Of a stretch of DNA of 64,000 bases, positions 25,753 through 35,684 are shown piece by piece (positions within the stretch are counted from its first letter, which is position 1; the number at the start of each line of letters is the position of its first letter). The translations under genes were made by a program, and so were the position numbers. Below the pieces are notes generated by a model. The model saw only the letters and a program-made list of their open reading frames with translations, was not told the origin of the DNA and made no database searches. The stretch lies in IMG/VR virus record IMGVR_UViG_3300030104_006170, one strand, 5' to 3'. Source of the DNA: a virus (lineage: Duplodnaviria; Caudoviricetes).

Positions 25753-26561
25753 TATCTACTTTTTATTTTATCTATTAATTCTGGAAAACTAATATTTACG
25801 TCATTATATAGTTTTTCAAAAATTAATCTTAGTAAAATTGTTATACCACCTATAATTAACAACCCAAGTAAGTGAGTAGTAACAACATGATAAGTATAAA
25901 TAATAATAATGAGTAATAATATTATCCTTCTATAGTTGTAATAAATTGTCATTATACCTTGATACAGTAGTTTTGCGTTATCATGTAACCACCCTAATCT
26001 TTTTTTAGGGTGTGTGTCTGTTAGTGCTCTAGAACTTATATCTGTAGTGAACATCATAAAAATGTAACAGGTAACAGAAACTAGGATTACATCTAAAAAC
26101 ATATACCAAAGAAAAAATATTATAGAAGGTATCAATATTATTGGTAGTTTACTGGTTCCATCCCGTAGTTCACCCCAAGTAGTTTCTATTTCTCTTTTTG
26201 CATCAGGTGCATTAACACTTAACATTACCGGAATTTCATATTCATTACCATATAGTTCTTTTAGAATTTTTAAACGATGATTACCATCCCTAGCTCTATA
26301 TTGGTGGTTTGTATCTCCTTTTTCTTCGAAAATTAAGATATACCCGTATTTTTCGGGATTATATCCTTCCTCGAGTATACTATTTTTTATTTTTCTAAAT
26401 CTTCTTTTTTGGAAAAAGTCTAATAATAAAATTACACTTAATATTTTTAAAATACCTTTAACGTAGTTTGGTCTTAGGTCGTGACTCCACGAGTCTTTAA
26501 TTTGTCCAATTTTTATTTTTTTAAGTTCATCATATTGTATGAGTTTACCTATTTCTGCCAT
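25752..26561 (-). CDS. ParB/Srx-like domain fused to C-terminal transmembrane helices
   Basis: FRKIKNSILEEGY...YRARDGNHRLKIL (ParB-like DGxHR motif), followed by about four hydrophobic helices. Confidence 0.6.
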   Translation of the reverse strand: MAEIGKLIQYDELKKIKIGQIKDSWSHDLRPNYVKGILKILSVILLLDFFQKRRFRKIKNSILEEGYNPEKYGYILIFEEKGDTNHQYRARDGNHRLKILKELYGNEYEIPVMLSVNAPDAKREIETTWGELRDGTSKLPIILIPSIIFFLWYMFLDVILVSVTCYIFMMFTTDISSRALTDTHPKKRLGWLHDNAKLLYQGIMTIYYNYRRIILLLIIIIYTYHVVTTHLLGLLIIGGITILLRLIFEKLYNDVNISFPELIDKIKSR

Positions 26562-27325
26562 TAGTTCATTATTTTTAATATTTCATCTCTAAAATCATAA
26601 CATTTAATAATTTTATAAGTATCATTATTTTCATTAAACCAAACTATATAACTGTCACCTAAATCTAGTTTTGTATTTCTTTCAACTATTAATTTATAAA
26701 AAGATAATTGTAGTGAATATGTATTTAATTCACAAACATCTAAATGACTTAAAGGTTCCTTAAATTGTTGCCATTTATTATTCTCTTTTATAGCTTTATT
26801 GGTTTTCCAATCCCAAATTTCTAATTTTTGTGATTTTTCGTTATAGAATAATTGGTCAATCATTCCTGTAACACCCCAATCTTTGTCTCCAACCACAACC
26901 TCTGCTCGTACTGGTATTAATTTACCAAAAGATTTATTGTAAAAATCATCAAACATTTTTTTTAATTTATTTACAGCTTCTTTACATTCTAACATATTTT
27001 CTTTACTACCTAAAGCTTCTGTTATTCTGTATTCTGGAAATGGAAATAATTTATTCGTTAAAAAATTTTCAGCGTATTCGTGAAAAGCCGAACCTTTTTC
27101 ACATGAAAAATCCGCTTTATATTTCCATTCTTTTAAGATTTCTTCTTTTGTTATACCTCTTTCATCTGCCTTTTTTTGTGACCAGTAATCTTTATCAAAT
27201 GGGTGTTTATATTTTCCTATTATTGACGTTACAGATTTTGTTCTTACTCCATCTAAATAATAGATGTGTTCCTTATCATGAAACTTTATATTATTAAATT
27301 TTGCTAATTCTCTTGTTATTTTCAT
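26561..27325 (-). CDS. PD-(D/E)XK exonuclease (RecB/Cas4-like)
   Basis: SVTSII, KGSAFHEYAE, AEVVV, GMIDQLF, IWDWKT, YSLQLSFYK. Confidence 0.85.
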   Translation of the reverse strand: MKITRELAKFNNIKFHDKEHIYYLDGVRTKSVTSIIGKYKHPFDKDYWSQKKADERGITKEEILKEWKYKADFSCEKGSAFHEYAENFLTNKLFPFPEYRITEALGSKENMLECKEAVNKLKKMFDDFYNKSFGKLIPVRAEVVVGDKDWGVTGMIDQLFYNEKSQKLEIWDWKTNKAIKENNKWQQFKEPLSHLDVCELNTYSLQLSFYKLIVERNTKLDLGDSYIVWFNENNDTYKIIKCYDFRDEILKIMN

Positions 27326-27326
27326 A

Positions 27327-28241
27327 TTATAATAATTTTATTTCTTTGAGTCCTTTTAACCCACCTAATTCACCAACATCTTTATCTAAAGGTAATCTAA
27401 TTAACCTAATTCTACCATTTAGTTTACCACCATCTAGTTTTCTATATAAATTTTGTGCGTCTTTCCAAGCATCACCATCTAAACAAATTATAATATTCTT
27501 TTTTGCGTTATCATATAATTTATTCCATAGTTTGTCACTAACACTTTTCCCTAAAACGGGAATAGCGTTTGGTACAAAAAACATATCAAAGACACCTTCT
27601 ACTAAATATATATTTTCTTCCCAATTAATTAAGTGTTCGTTAAATATTATTTTATCTTTTTCGGCTTCAGGGTTTTTGTATTTATTTTTATGTCCAACAT
27701 AGGAACGTGAAACAAAGTAGTTGATTTCTTCATTTTCATCAAAAGATGGTACTATTATCCTACCACTATAGGGACCTTCTGTAGTATAACCTATAGAATA
27801 TTTAGAAATTACCTCATCATTTATATTTCTTTTTCTTAAATAATTATACGCTTCTTTATATGGTATTGTGAGTTTATTACCTTTACTAAATGAAATATAG
27901 TGTTTTGGTAATTTTACATCTTCGTACTTTCTTTTTTTTGTTTTTATGAAGTCACCACCTATTAACTCCCAAGTTGACTTATGTCTCCTATCACCCCACT
28001 TTAAAAATAATTTGTTTAGAGAACCGTGAGTACCGTATGTTTCAGAACAAGCCCAACATTTATAGACTCCTTGTTGGTAGTTTACTTCAAAGTTTCCTTT
28101 ACCGTCACCTTTATCCAATCCTTTAATATCGTAAGAACATACTGGACAATCAAAAGATATTTGTCCCTTATTAGGATAATGTGAATTTATTTCCCCTAAA
28201 ACATCCTGTAATAATTCTAATAATAGTGGTGAATCTTCCAT
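27327..28241 (-). CDS. DNA primase (zinc finger plus TOPRIM)
   Basis: CPVC...CWAC zinc finger, YLRKRNI, RIIVP, KYKNP, LVEGVFD, CLDGDA, DKDVGE. Confidence 0.88.
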   Translation of the reverse strand: MEDSPLLLELLQDVLGEINSHYPNKGQISFDCPVCSYDIKGLDKGDGKGNFEVNYQQGVYKCWACSETYGTHGSLNKLFLKWGDRRHKSTWELIGGDFIKTKKRKYEDVKLPKHYISFSKGNKLTIPYKEAYNYLRKRNINDEVISKYSIGYTTEGPYSGRIIVPSFDENEEINYFVSRSYVGHKNKYKNPEAEKDKIIFNEHLINWEENIYLVEGVFDMFFVPNAIPVLGKSVSDKLWNKLYDNAKKNIIICLDGDAWKDAQNLYRKLDGGKLNGRIRLIRLPLDKDVGELGGLKGLKEIKLL

Positions 28242-28276
28242 ATGATAAATGTATGGAATTTTTTATAAGGAATCAA
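28242..28276 (-). promoter_or_regulatory. Class I promoter TTGATT-N17-TACATT-N6-ATG
   Basis: The TTG starts exactly 35 nt before the primase ATG. Confidence 0.65.
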
Positions 28277-28873
28277 TTACCATAGATTATTTTGATTCAT
28301 ATGACCTAATACACAAGTATATGCGTCACACATATCAAAATTTTCTTTTTTAAGTGTATTATTTCTAGTATAAGCCCATGTTAAATGTGGTTCTTTGTTA
28401 GATACCTTTTGCCAAATAATATGTTTTTTATCACACCCTACTTCATATTTACCAAATAATACTTTTCTACCTTTTATATTTTCAGCGACTAATTCTGGGA
28501 AAGCAAATTTTCTAGAGTTGTAGGTTGATATGAATGAAGGGATAATACCTAATACATTATATATAGTTCTAGTTATAAAAGAATTGTACCTCATTAATGT
28601 AGCTACCGTTCTAATATTATTAGAGTTTATAAGTGGTTCTTCTATAATAACTTTAGTTATACCAATATTTTTATAGTCTATTAATTTGTCATGAAATTGG
28701 TCGGCTTTTACTAACATTTCTTCTATTTTATCTTCTCTTTTAGGTTTGACTTTAGGTGAGAAGTGTGTTAGTTCTAGTAGTTCTTGTTTTTGTATATCAA
28801 AAAGTGCCCATCCTATAGTTTTGGTTGATATGTCTAAACCTAATACTTTAGGGGTATTTCCTATATTATTCAT
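28277..28873 (-). CDS. RuvC-like Holliday junction resolvase
   Basis: VLGLDISTKTIGW, VIIEEP, terminal DMCDAY acidic pair. Confidence 0.8.
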   Translation of the reverse strand: MNNIGNTPKVLGLDISTKTIGWALFDIQKQELLELTHFSPKVKPKREDKIEEMLVKADQFHDKLIDYKNIGITKVIIEEPLINSNNIRTVATLMRYNSFITRTIYNVLGIIPSFISTYNSRKFAFPELVAENIKGRKVLFGKYEVGCDKKHIIWQKVSNKEPHLTWAYTRNNTLKKENFDMCDAYTCVLGHMNQNNLW

Positions 28874-28913
28874 CCGTAATCTTTTTTATTTTATATAATA
28901 CTATAAAATAATA

Positions 28914-30131
28914 TTAGAAAGTAAGTACTAGTTGTAGGTTTACGGGTGTGTTTTTTGCTTTTTCTATAGGTCTATCTGGAATAGCAACAGCTATTAGTCG
29001 GTTTGATGAGTCGTATAATCCTATTTCTGTTATATAAGAAGAACTTACATCTGATAAGTCCCATATGTTATGTACGTCACCAAATGGAGTTTGGAATTGT
29101 ATTCCTGTGTCGTCACCTCCCGCACCATAATAAGGTGTTTCTGCTGGTGAAGCTGTTTGATTTTCTGTAACATAAAATTCACCTGCCGCAGCAACAATAT
29201 CCACCACTATTCTATATTCTTTTTCAAAAGAATAAAAAGTACAATTTGCAGAACTAGAACCAGTAAAATATATCTGAGTAGCTGCAGATGCAAATGACAT
29301 TGTATTCGCATTAGGGTTTCCTTTATGGAATGGATACGCTAAGGTACCTCCAGTAGAAGCTCCACTATAATTAAAATTAGCAACAATACCTGGGTCCGTT
29401 ATAACAGCAAATCCTTTATCTAGATAAGCTATACCTACTGGACGGTCTTGTACTTGTGCATAAGCTTTAGGTGTTTTAGATGATGAGACTGTTTCTGTAA
29501 ATCTAAAATTATCTACACCAGCGTTAGGATATCCCGTTGGTGTGGTTCCTGAAACCCATCCACTTGACCAGCTTGTTATATTAGTGTTAGATGCTGATAA
29601 GGAAGGTCCCAGTATTTCATCACAAAACAAAAAGGCTACATTAGTTGATGGTAGTCCTGGATTACCAACTATATTACCAGATATTTTTGGGTTACCAAAA
29701 AATTCACCCTCATCAGAATTATCGGATGAGGTTGGCATTGGATTGTAGTAAGAACTATACAACTCATAATTACCTTCTGCCCCAGGATTTCCTTTAGGTA
29801 CTAATAGTTTTAATGTTCTACCATCTATTAATACCCCATATTCACTTTTTGGAATTTCAGCTACTATTGCTTGTGCTTGTGAAAGTCCACTAAAACCTGT
29901 ATTTGCCCAAGTTGATAGGAATGAATTTGTTGCCCCACTATTTGCTGGCATATTAAAGGAAGAGTATAGATTAGAAAAAGCTCTACCATTTGAAGGGTTT
30001 CTTTGTATTATTGTGAATGGTAAGCTTGACCCACTTATGTAGTTCCATCCAGTACTTGCAGAAGCATTGTAAGGTACTAGAACCGCTTCTATTCTTTTTT
30101 CATTTGTTTTTATTTTTTTAAATTTTCCCAT
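28914..30131 (-). CDS. Tail/baseplate structural protein carrying the C-terminal half of a tail-collar-fibre (DUF3751/P2 gpH-like) domain
   Basis: C-terminus YITEIGLYDSSNRLIAVAIPDRPIEK; S/T/G-rich body. Confidence 0.65.
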   Translation of the reverse strand: MGKFKKIKTNEKRIEAVLVPYNASASTGWNYISGSSLPFTIIQRNPSNGRAFSNLYSSFNMPANSGATNSFLSTWANTGFSGLSQAQAIVAEIPKSEYGVLIDGRTLKLLVPKGNPGAEGNYELYSSYYNPMPTSSDNSDEGEFFGNPKISGNIVGNPGLPSTNVAFLFCDEILGPSLSASNTNITSWSSGWVSGTTPTGYPNAGVDNFRFTETVSSSKTPKAYAQVQDRPVGIAYLDKGFAVITDPGIVANFNYSGASTGGTLAYPFHKGNPNANTMSFASAATQIYFTGSSSANCTFYSFEKEYRIVVDIVAAAGEFYVTENQTASPAETPYYGAGGDDTGIQFQTPFGDVHNIWDLSDVSSSYITEIGLYDSSNRLIAVAIPDRPIEKAKNTPVNLQLVLTF

Positions 30132-30132
30132 T

Positions 30133-30564
30133 TTAAACCCAACTTTTATAATTATTCGAATTTATAGCTCTATCTAAAACTAAAGATGCTCTACCCGCAA
30201 AGTAAAGGGGTACTACATGAAAAGGACTACCTTCAGTTCTACCATTTGCATTGTTTTGAATTCCTGGAAATACTTTATTTGTTGTTAATGACGGACTACT
30301 TGTGTAACTAACAAACATGTACTTACCTTTATCTGGTGGACTAACCACTGAGATGTATTTGGATGGTGCAAAAACTGCGTTATATTCACCAGGTGTACCA
30401 TAATATCTACTGGCCTCACTACTTCTAGATTGGTCGACAAATCTATTTCTAGCACCTCTTATTCTTTGGTTATCTACATATAAAATAGGTTCTTTTCCAA
30501 CCAAAACACTATTTTCAGTACATTTACTTTCACCCCTATAAAATTCTAAAGCTTTTGTATCCAT
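30133..30564 (-). CDS. Hypothetical protein in the structural module
   Basis: 143-aa tiling ORF. Confidence 0.7.
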   Translation of the reverse strand: MDTKALEFYRGESKCTENSVLVGKEPILYVDNQRIRGARNRFVDQSRSSEASRYYGTPGEYNAVFAPSKYISVVSPPDKGKYMFVSYTSSPSLTTNKVFPGIQNNANGRTEGSPFHVVPLYFAGRASLVLDRAINSNNYKSWV

Positions 30565-30569
30565 TTTAT

Positions 30570-32441
30570 TTAATTTATTACTTGTCCGCTTGTAACTTTA
30601 AAGAATAGAGCTTTACCCCCACTTGTTTGCCACGGATTTGAACTGTTATGCCCTCTAGGGTCTTCTGAGTACGAACTTCTGTCTGCACCCGCTTCACCAT
30701 AAAAACGGAATGTTGCGTTATCGTACATTCTATAATAATTTTGTGATGAAACATTTTTGTAAGCAAAAGATGGTGATAGTGCTGCTTTATTAAATTTAAA
30801 CCTAACAGTTAATTTACATGGTACTACACCATTTTGTTCAGAAGATTGTACTTCCCAACTTACTGGTACTGAAATATTATATGAAGTTAATCCACTACCA
30901 CTTAACCCAGCTATATAACCACCACTATAAGTATCAGTTTTCCAATAACTATTATTCTGTCTAGCAATAGTAGTAAATATATTATCCGCCATTTTTGCTT
31001 GTCTAGTAAATAATGTGTAATATGGGTCTGTTTCCGCAACAACGTTACCAGCTACTATACTTAATCCATTATCTTTAGATGGGTATAATGAGAAGTCTGC
31101 CCCACCACTTTTAAGTCCTTGTTCGTTATTATTCCAATTAGCAGTATATTCCATACTACCCATTAATAACCCAAACGTATCTGATGGGTGTGTAGTATAG
31201 GTTATACGAATACCTTTATTATTATCTTTATTAATATCTACATATTCACCTTGATTTTGTGTTAATCTTTTTAGTTTTATTGGGTAGTAAGTTGGTGAAT
31301 AATTAGAATTCGTTACGTTAATCACTAACCTTGTAGTTGGTATGGTTATGTTTATATTTTTATAAGCTGGACTGCTAAACCCACTTTCAGTTATACTTAC
31401 TTCTCTTTCCATATCTATAGTACTTACAAATCCTATTAATGGTTCTACTTCATTTGCTAAATCACTTACCCAACCGTTTTGTGTTGAATTCATATTAAAT
31501 GTTGGGTAAGATTGTCCGTTTTGGTTCCATGTTGACATTCCTCCACAATTTAAATACCCAACATCAAATGCTGCGAATCCAATTCCATATCTCCCCGCAC
31601 CCCTTAAATATCTTGTACCATTTTCGTCTAATCCAGGAGAAAATACTAAAGAGAATGGTGATGGTAGTTGTAAACCTTTTAAGTTTGTACCTGTAAAATC
31701 AATACCAGTATGTTGTCCTCTATTCATAAATGCACCCCCAGCCATTGCAAGTGCATTATAATAACTACTATCCTTTAATGGTACTAATTTTATACCACTT
31801 GTTGTAAAATTAGTTCCGTCATATATTTTAACTGAATCTACATAGTCAATATATTGACCTACACCATGTTGTGATAACTCATTTAAGAAATTAGTATAAT
31901 CACTATTGTTACGAATATTTAATGTATTTTCAAAATAATTAGTTGTAGCTGTTGAAACTGTTGTTGCTGCAGAAGATAGGATGTCTTTGTGGTCGTCTAT
32001 GTATTTAGCTGCTAATAATTTACATAAAACATAGTAGTCTGACAAATACACATCTATTTCAACTTCATTTCTATAGTATTTTACTAGGTTATCTGTTCCT
32101 CTAACTCCCACTGAAACATATTTTTTATCTCTTGTGAATACTTTATTTGATGACGGTGTTTGCCATACTGCATTATTTATAGTATACCCATTACTTATAG
32201 AGTTCTTATAATTGTTATCTTGTCCTGTTGCATCAGGTATATAACCTAATTGTGCGGAATTGTTAGCGGTGCTACTACTATCACCATGTGCTTGTGTATT
32301 TCTATAATCAATGTTACCATCTGAAATAACAAATTTATCAAATAAACTTATAAAACTACCTGTTGATAGCATTAATTGACGACCTTGTTCAGTTAACTGA
32401 ACTGTCAATGTTGTTGCTGTTTGTGCACTTATATAACCCAT
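30570..32441 (-). CDS. Putative tail structural protein with the N-terminal half of the DUF3751-like motif
   Basis: MGYI...LTVQLTEQGRQLM...FVISDGNIDY; N/S/G/T-rich beta-type composition. Confidence 0.65.
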   Translation of the reverse strand: MGYISAQTATTLTVQLTEQGRQLMLSTGSFISLFDKFVISDGNIDYRNTQAHGDSSSTANNSAQLGYIPDATGQDNNYKNSISNGYTINNAVWQTPSSNKVFTRDKKYVSVGVRGTDNLVKYYRNEVEIDVYLSDYYVLCKLLAAKYIDDHKDILSSAATTVSTATTNYFENTLNIRNNSDYTNFLNELSQHGVGQYIDYVDSVKIYDGTNFTTSGIKLVPLKDSSYYNALAMAGGAFMNRGQHTGIDFTGTNLKGLQLPSPFSLVFSPGLDENGTRYLRGAGRYGIGFAAFDVGYLNCGGMSTWNQNGQSYPTFNMNSTQNGWVSDLANEVEPLIGFVSTIDMEREVSITESGFSSPAYKNINITIPTTRLVINVTNSNYSPTYYPIKLKRLTQNQGEYVDINKDNNKGIRITYTTHPSDTFGLLMGSMEYTANWNNNEQGLKSGGADFSLYPSKDNGLSIVAGNVVAETDPYYTLFTRQAKMADNIFTTIARQNNSYWKTDTYSGGYIAGLSGSGLTSYNISVPVSWEVQSSEQNGVVPCKLTVRFKFNKAALSPSFAYKNVSSQNYYRMYDNATFRFYGEAGADRSSYSEDPRGHNSSNPWQTSGGKALFFKVTSGQVIN

Positions 32442-32493
32442 ATTATTATTCTCTTACTATATAATTATCTCGTTAAACGATTTCTTACCATTA

Positions 32494-33276
32494 TTACACA
32501 CATTTTAAACAATCACCATTACATGGTGATTCACCACCTAAATGTTTACATAATAAACAATAAACTTCTTTATTTTTACAATAACTTTCTATACTTCTAT
32601 TATTATACCTTAAACATTCCATAAAAATCATCAAGTCTTTTTTATCTACAATACCGTCACCGTTAAAATCCCCAACTAATTCATTACCTACTTTAGCTTC
32701 AGTACCTATTAAATTTAAAAAAACTATTAAATCTTTTATATCAACCATACCATCTCCGTTAAAGTCAGCACAACTCACACAATATGAGGGGTAGAATTCT
32801 GTCACGTTGTGACCTACTTCCCAACATGTGTCAAAATTTCCACTGGTTGGGTTTTCTATTTCTTCCGGTTTTTCTGGTTGTTTGTATTTTGCCCAAAGTG
32901 TACTAGTATTCGTGGGTCCAACACCTAGGGTTGTATCTAATAAAGATACTACACCTGATTTAATATTAGTTCTTGCTCCCCTAAAAATCGAGGGTAGTGT
33001 ACCAAAACTTTGTTTAGTACTTGTTGGTTCTCCACCTCTTGCATCTGGTAAATCATAAAAACATGAACCTGTAAAAGCACTTAACCCTGTTTGACCGCTA
33101 CAACTACCACTACCAACAAATCTACGATAATCAATATCAGAATCACCCAAGCCAAATTGTGCTATTGCGTCCATTAAACCATTTCCTGTACCAATAACGC
33201 TTCTACCATAATCGGAAAGATATAACCTAAATGTGTTACCAGATAATGTATTATTGTAAATCCCTAAATACCCCAT
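32494..33276 (-). CDS. Putative tail protein with dockerin-like double EF-hand and Cys-rich C-terminus
   Basis: N-terminus paralogous to 30570..32441 (LSDYGR...FGLGDSDIDY); repeats ADFNGDGMVDIKDL and GDFNGDGIVDKKDL. Confidence 0.7.
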   Translation of the reverse strand: MGYLGIYNNTLSGNTFRLYLSDYGRSVIGTGNGLMDAIAQFGLGDSDIDYRRFVGSGSCSGQTGLSAFTGSCFYDLPDARGGEPTSTKQSFGTLPSIFRGARTNIKSGVVSLLDTTLGVGPTNTSTLWAKYKQPEKPEEIENPTSGNFDTCWEVGHNVTEFYPSYCVSCADFNGDGMVDIKDLIVFLNLIGTEAKVGNELVGDFNGDGIVDKKDLMIFMECLRYNNRSIESYCKNKEVYCLLCKHLGGESPCNGDCLKCV

Positions 33277-35684
33277 TAAAAATCAATAGATATAGTAAAT
33301 TGCTGAGTACTTGTTCTTTCAACAGGTGACTGCAATTTTGCTATAGCCATTAAGTCTGGGAACCCGTTCTCATTATCATATAAACCAATTTCGGTTAACC
33401 TTGGATTGGTGTAACCATTAACGGCTGTATAATCTAACCATGTTGGGTTGGTGGAGGTAACGTATTGATTAGCACCTAACTGTACCACGTGTTTCATTTC
33501 GTATATGGTTGCCATAATATCAGTTTCTATACTACCATAAAAGAAATATTCGTCACCAAAATTCAATCCCGCTAAATCACCATTTTGTGGTATAGTGATA
33601 TAATCATTTAAACTATAATTTGTAGGTGTTGGATTACACGTTGGGTCTGTGTCATTTCCAGTTAGAAAAAATGTTTGATTTATGATGTTAGTTGCAGCTA
33701 TTTTAGTTCCTAATGTGTGTCCTGGGATGTCACCTGTAATATCTTTCATGTTCCAACCATGTGGAGAAACTTTTTGTCCGTTTGGTACTATTTGCCATAA
33801 TATATGTAATGTGTCCGCTTCCCACCCAGTACCAGTTAAAGCAAAATTATCTCTTAAATAAGGGAATTCTGCACCTAAGGTAATCCCAACATCAAATGCA
33901 GTTTCACCTGGTTCTAAAGTTTCATTAACATAATAATTACAATGTAAACCAGTACCCACTCCAGCATTACCAACTGTATTATTTTCAAATAAGTAAGTCA
34001 TATATAGTGTATCCCCCGGATTTTGTACCGCTCCAAATGTAGCACACGCACCAGTAGGACATCCTGTACCAGCTGGAACTTTTTGGGTTCTAGGTGCTGG
34101 TAAAGTCCAACTTCTATTAGATTTATAAGACATAGCTGCTAATAATTCTTCATCATCTATAACAATCATTTTATAGTCTGGGAATACTTTACCTACTCTA
34201 TTAGGTGTTGCCCCACTACCTATATTGTCATCCCACAAATGATAATATCTTAAACCATCATCATTCATGTTTATGTTTTTACTAGATAACATTAAGTGAG
34301 GGTTGACTGGAAATACATCTGGGTAAGATTGTGGGTCCACATAAAAAGTTTGACCTAATATGGTTTCATTACCAGCACCAGTTCCTACCCCTGAACCCTG
34401 CGAACTCTTTTTATGCCACATTAACCAAGGTAAATGTAATTTAAAGTTTTTAGCTTCTCCAATAGTAGTCATGGTAGTATCTTTCATGGCAAATTTTTCA
34501 CCATAAAAATCTGTAGTAGAATTATTTGTGTAGTGTATGAAACCAGCACATTTCTGGTCTTCTGGTAAAACCACTCTTGTATTATAAAAAGAATCAAAGT
34601 AAAAAGTACCACCAATAACTGAAGGGTGATAAGTATCAGTAACTTGATTCGTAAAAGATTGTCCATCGTTACTTTCTAAACCAAAGTATTCTTTGGACCC
34701 ACAATAACCACTAGAGCCATAATTGTCCACCCCTACAAAAACACCATTTGTTGGTGATGCTACTCCCGCTACTTGATGTGTCCAATTTATATTCATATTC
34801 CATATTTTAACATCTGAATTAGATGTATCACAACAATTGTTAAAAGATAATGTATCGTCACACCAACAATTAATAGTACTAGCGGTATTATATATACTAG
34901 ATAGGGTAGTAGAATTAGCAGATGATGCTGGATATACTCGTACTCTCATACAAACATCGTCCATTTGAGTGGTCACCCCACTAAAATTAGGAAGTGCCCT
35001 ATCTACGGTCAAATATAAAGCGGCGTCTGTAGATGCTGAATTATTATTACCTGCCACTACTTGATAGAATAAGGTTGTTGATGCTGCACTATAATTAAGT
35101 TGTGAACAGTTTGCTCCTGAAAATTCGTAGGTTACCGAAAGTAAATCACCTATTACTGGTGAATATTGTTGTAAAGAACACATGGTGTAAGCTGTATGTA
35201 ACAACATCTGACTTCCACCTGTCATTGCAGAGGCACAAAATAACCAATCTGATGATAATGTATAAGAACCACCAGTATTAGCAGAAAAATAAGTATAAGA
35301 ACCTTGTCCTGCAGCAGTATTATCAGTTGTTCCAGTAAAAAATCCTCTTAGAGTTGCAGTATTATAAACATCGTTTTGTTGGTGTTGGGGTATGGTTGGG
35401 CCAAAGGTATCACCACTACTTAATCCACCCACTAATGGGTATTTCACATGACCTTTATTTTTTTCAGGCATAGGGTTTAAGTTCTGTGCATTGTGTTCTG
35501 CCTGTAATATAAATAAACCTGGACTTGCTGCTGGTTGTTGTGCGTAACAATCATAGTTAACTTCACTGTCACCTATTTGGAAAAGTCCGATGTTTAATTT
35601 TCCTTCTGATAGTTTTCTTCTACCGGCATCGGTAAGACGAGCGACTATCGCTCCTTGTGTACTGTTTTTAATTATATAACTCAT
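33276..35684 (-). CDS. Tail/baseplate protein with both halves of the DUF3751-like domain around a large insert
   Basis: N-terminus RLTDAGRRKLSEG...FQIGDSE; C-terminus LTEIGLYD...LMAIAKLQSPVER; TATTTAT at 35702-35708 upstream. Confidence 0.7.
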   Translation of the reverse strand: MSYIIKNSTQGAIVARLTDAGRRKLSEGKLNIGLFQIGDSEVNYDCYAQQPAASPGLFILQAEHNAQNLNPMPEKNKGHVKYPLVGGLSSGDTFGPTIPQHQQNDVYNTATLRGFFTGTTDNTAAGQGSYTYFSANTGGSYTLSSDWLFCASAMTGGSQMLLHTAYTMCSLQQYSPVIGDLLSVTYEFSGANCSQLNYSAASTTLFYQVVAGNNNSASTDAALYLTVDRALPNFSGVTTQMDDVCMRVRVYPASSANSTTLSSIYNTASTINCWCDDTLSFNNCCDTSNSDVKIWNMNINWTHQVAGVASPTNGVFVGVDNYGSSGYCGSKEYFGLESNDGQSFTNQVTDTYHPSVIGGTFYFDSFYNTRVVLPEDQKCAGFIHYTNNSTTDFYGEKFAMKDTTMTTIGEAKNFKLHLPWLMWHKKSSQGSGVGTGAGNETILGQTFYVDPQSYPDVFPVNPHLMLSSKNINMNDDGLRYYHLWDDNIGSGATPNRVGKVFPDYKMIVIDDEELLAAMSYKSNRSWTLPAPRTQKVPAGTGCPTGACATFGAVQNPGDTLYMTYLFENNTVGNAGVGTGLHCNYYVNETLEPGETAFDVGITLGAEFPYLRDNFALTGTGWEADTLHILWQIVPNGQKVSPHGWNMKDITGDIPGHTLGTKIAATNIINQTFFLTGNDTDPTCNPTPTNYSLNDYITIPQNGDLAGLNFGDEYFFYGSIETDIMATIYEMKHVVQLGANQYVTSTNPTWLDYTAVNGYTNPRLTEIGLYDNENGFPDLMAIAKLQSPVERTSTQQFTISIDF

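Noticed and set aside
26561-27325. Cas4 / CRISPR-Cas system
   Set aside because: It is a solo PD-(D/E)XK nuclease lacking the four-Cys Fe-S pattern, sits among replication genes, and no repeat-spacer array was seen.
18859-28241. Inteins or group I introns in SbcC, primase or the nucleases
   Set aside because: Lengths and motif spacing are ordinary, and no intein splice-junction motifs or homing-endonuclease motifs were noticed.
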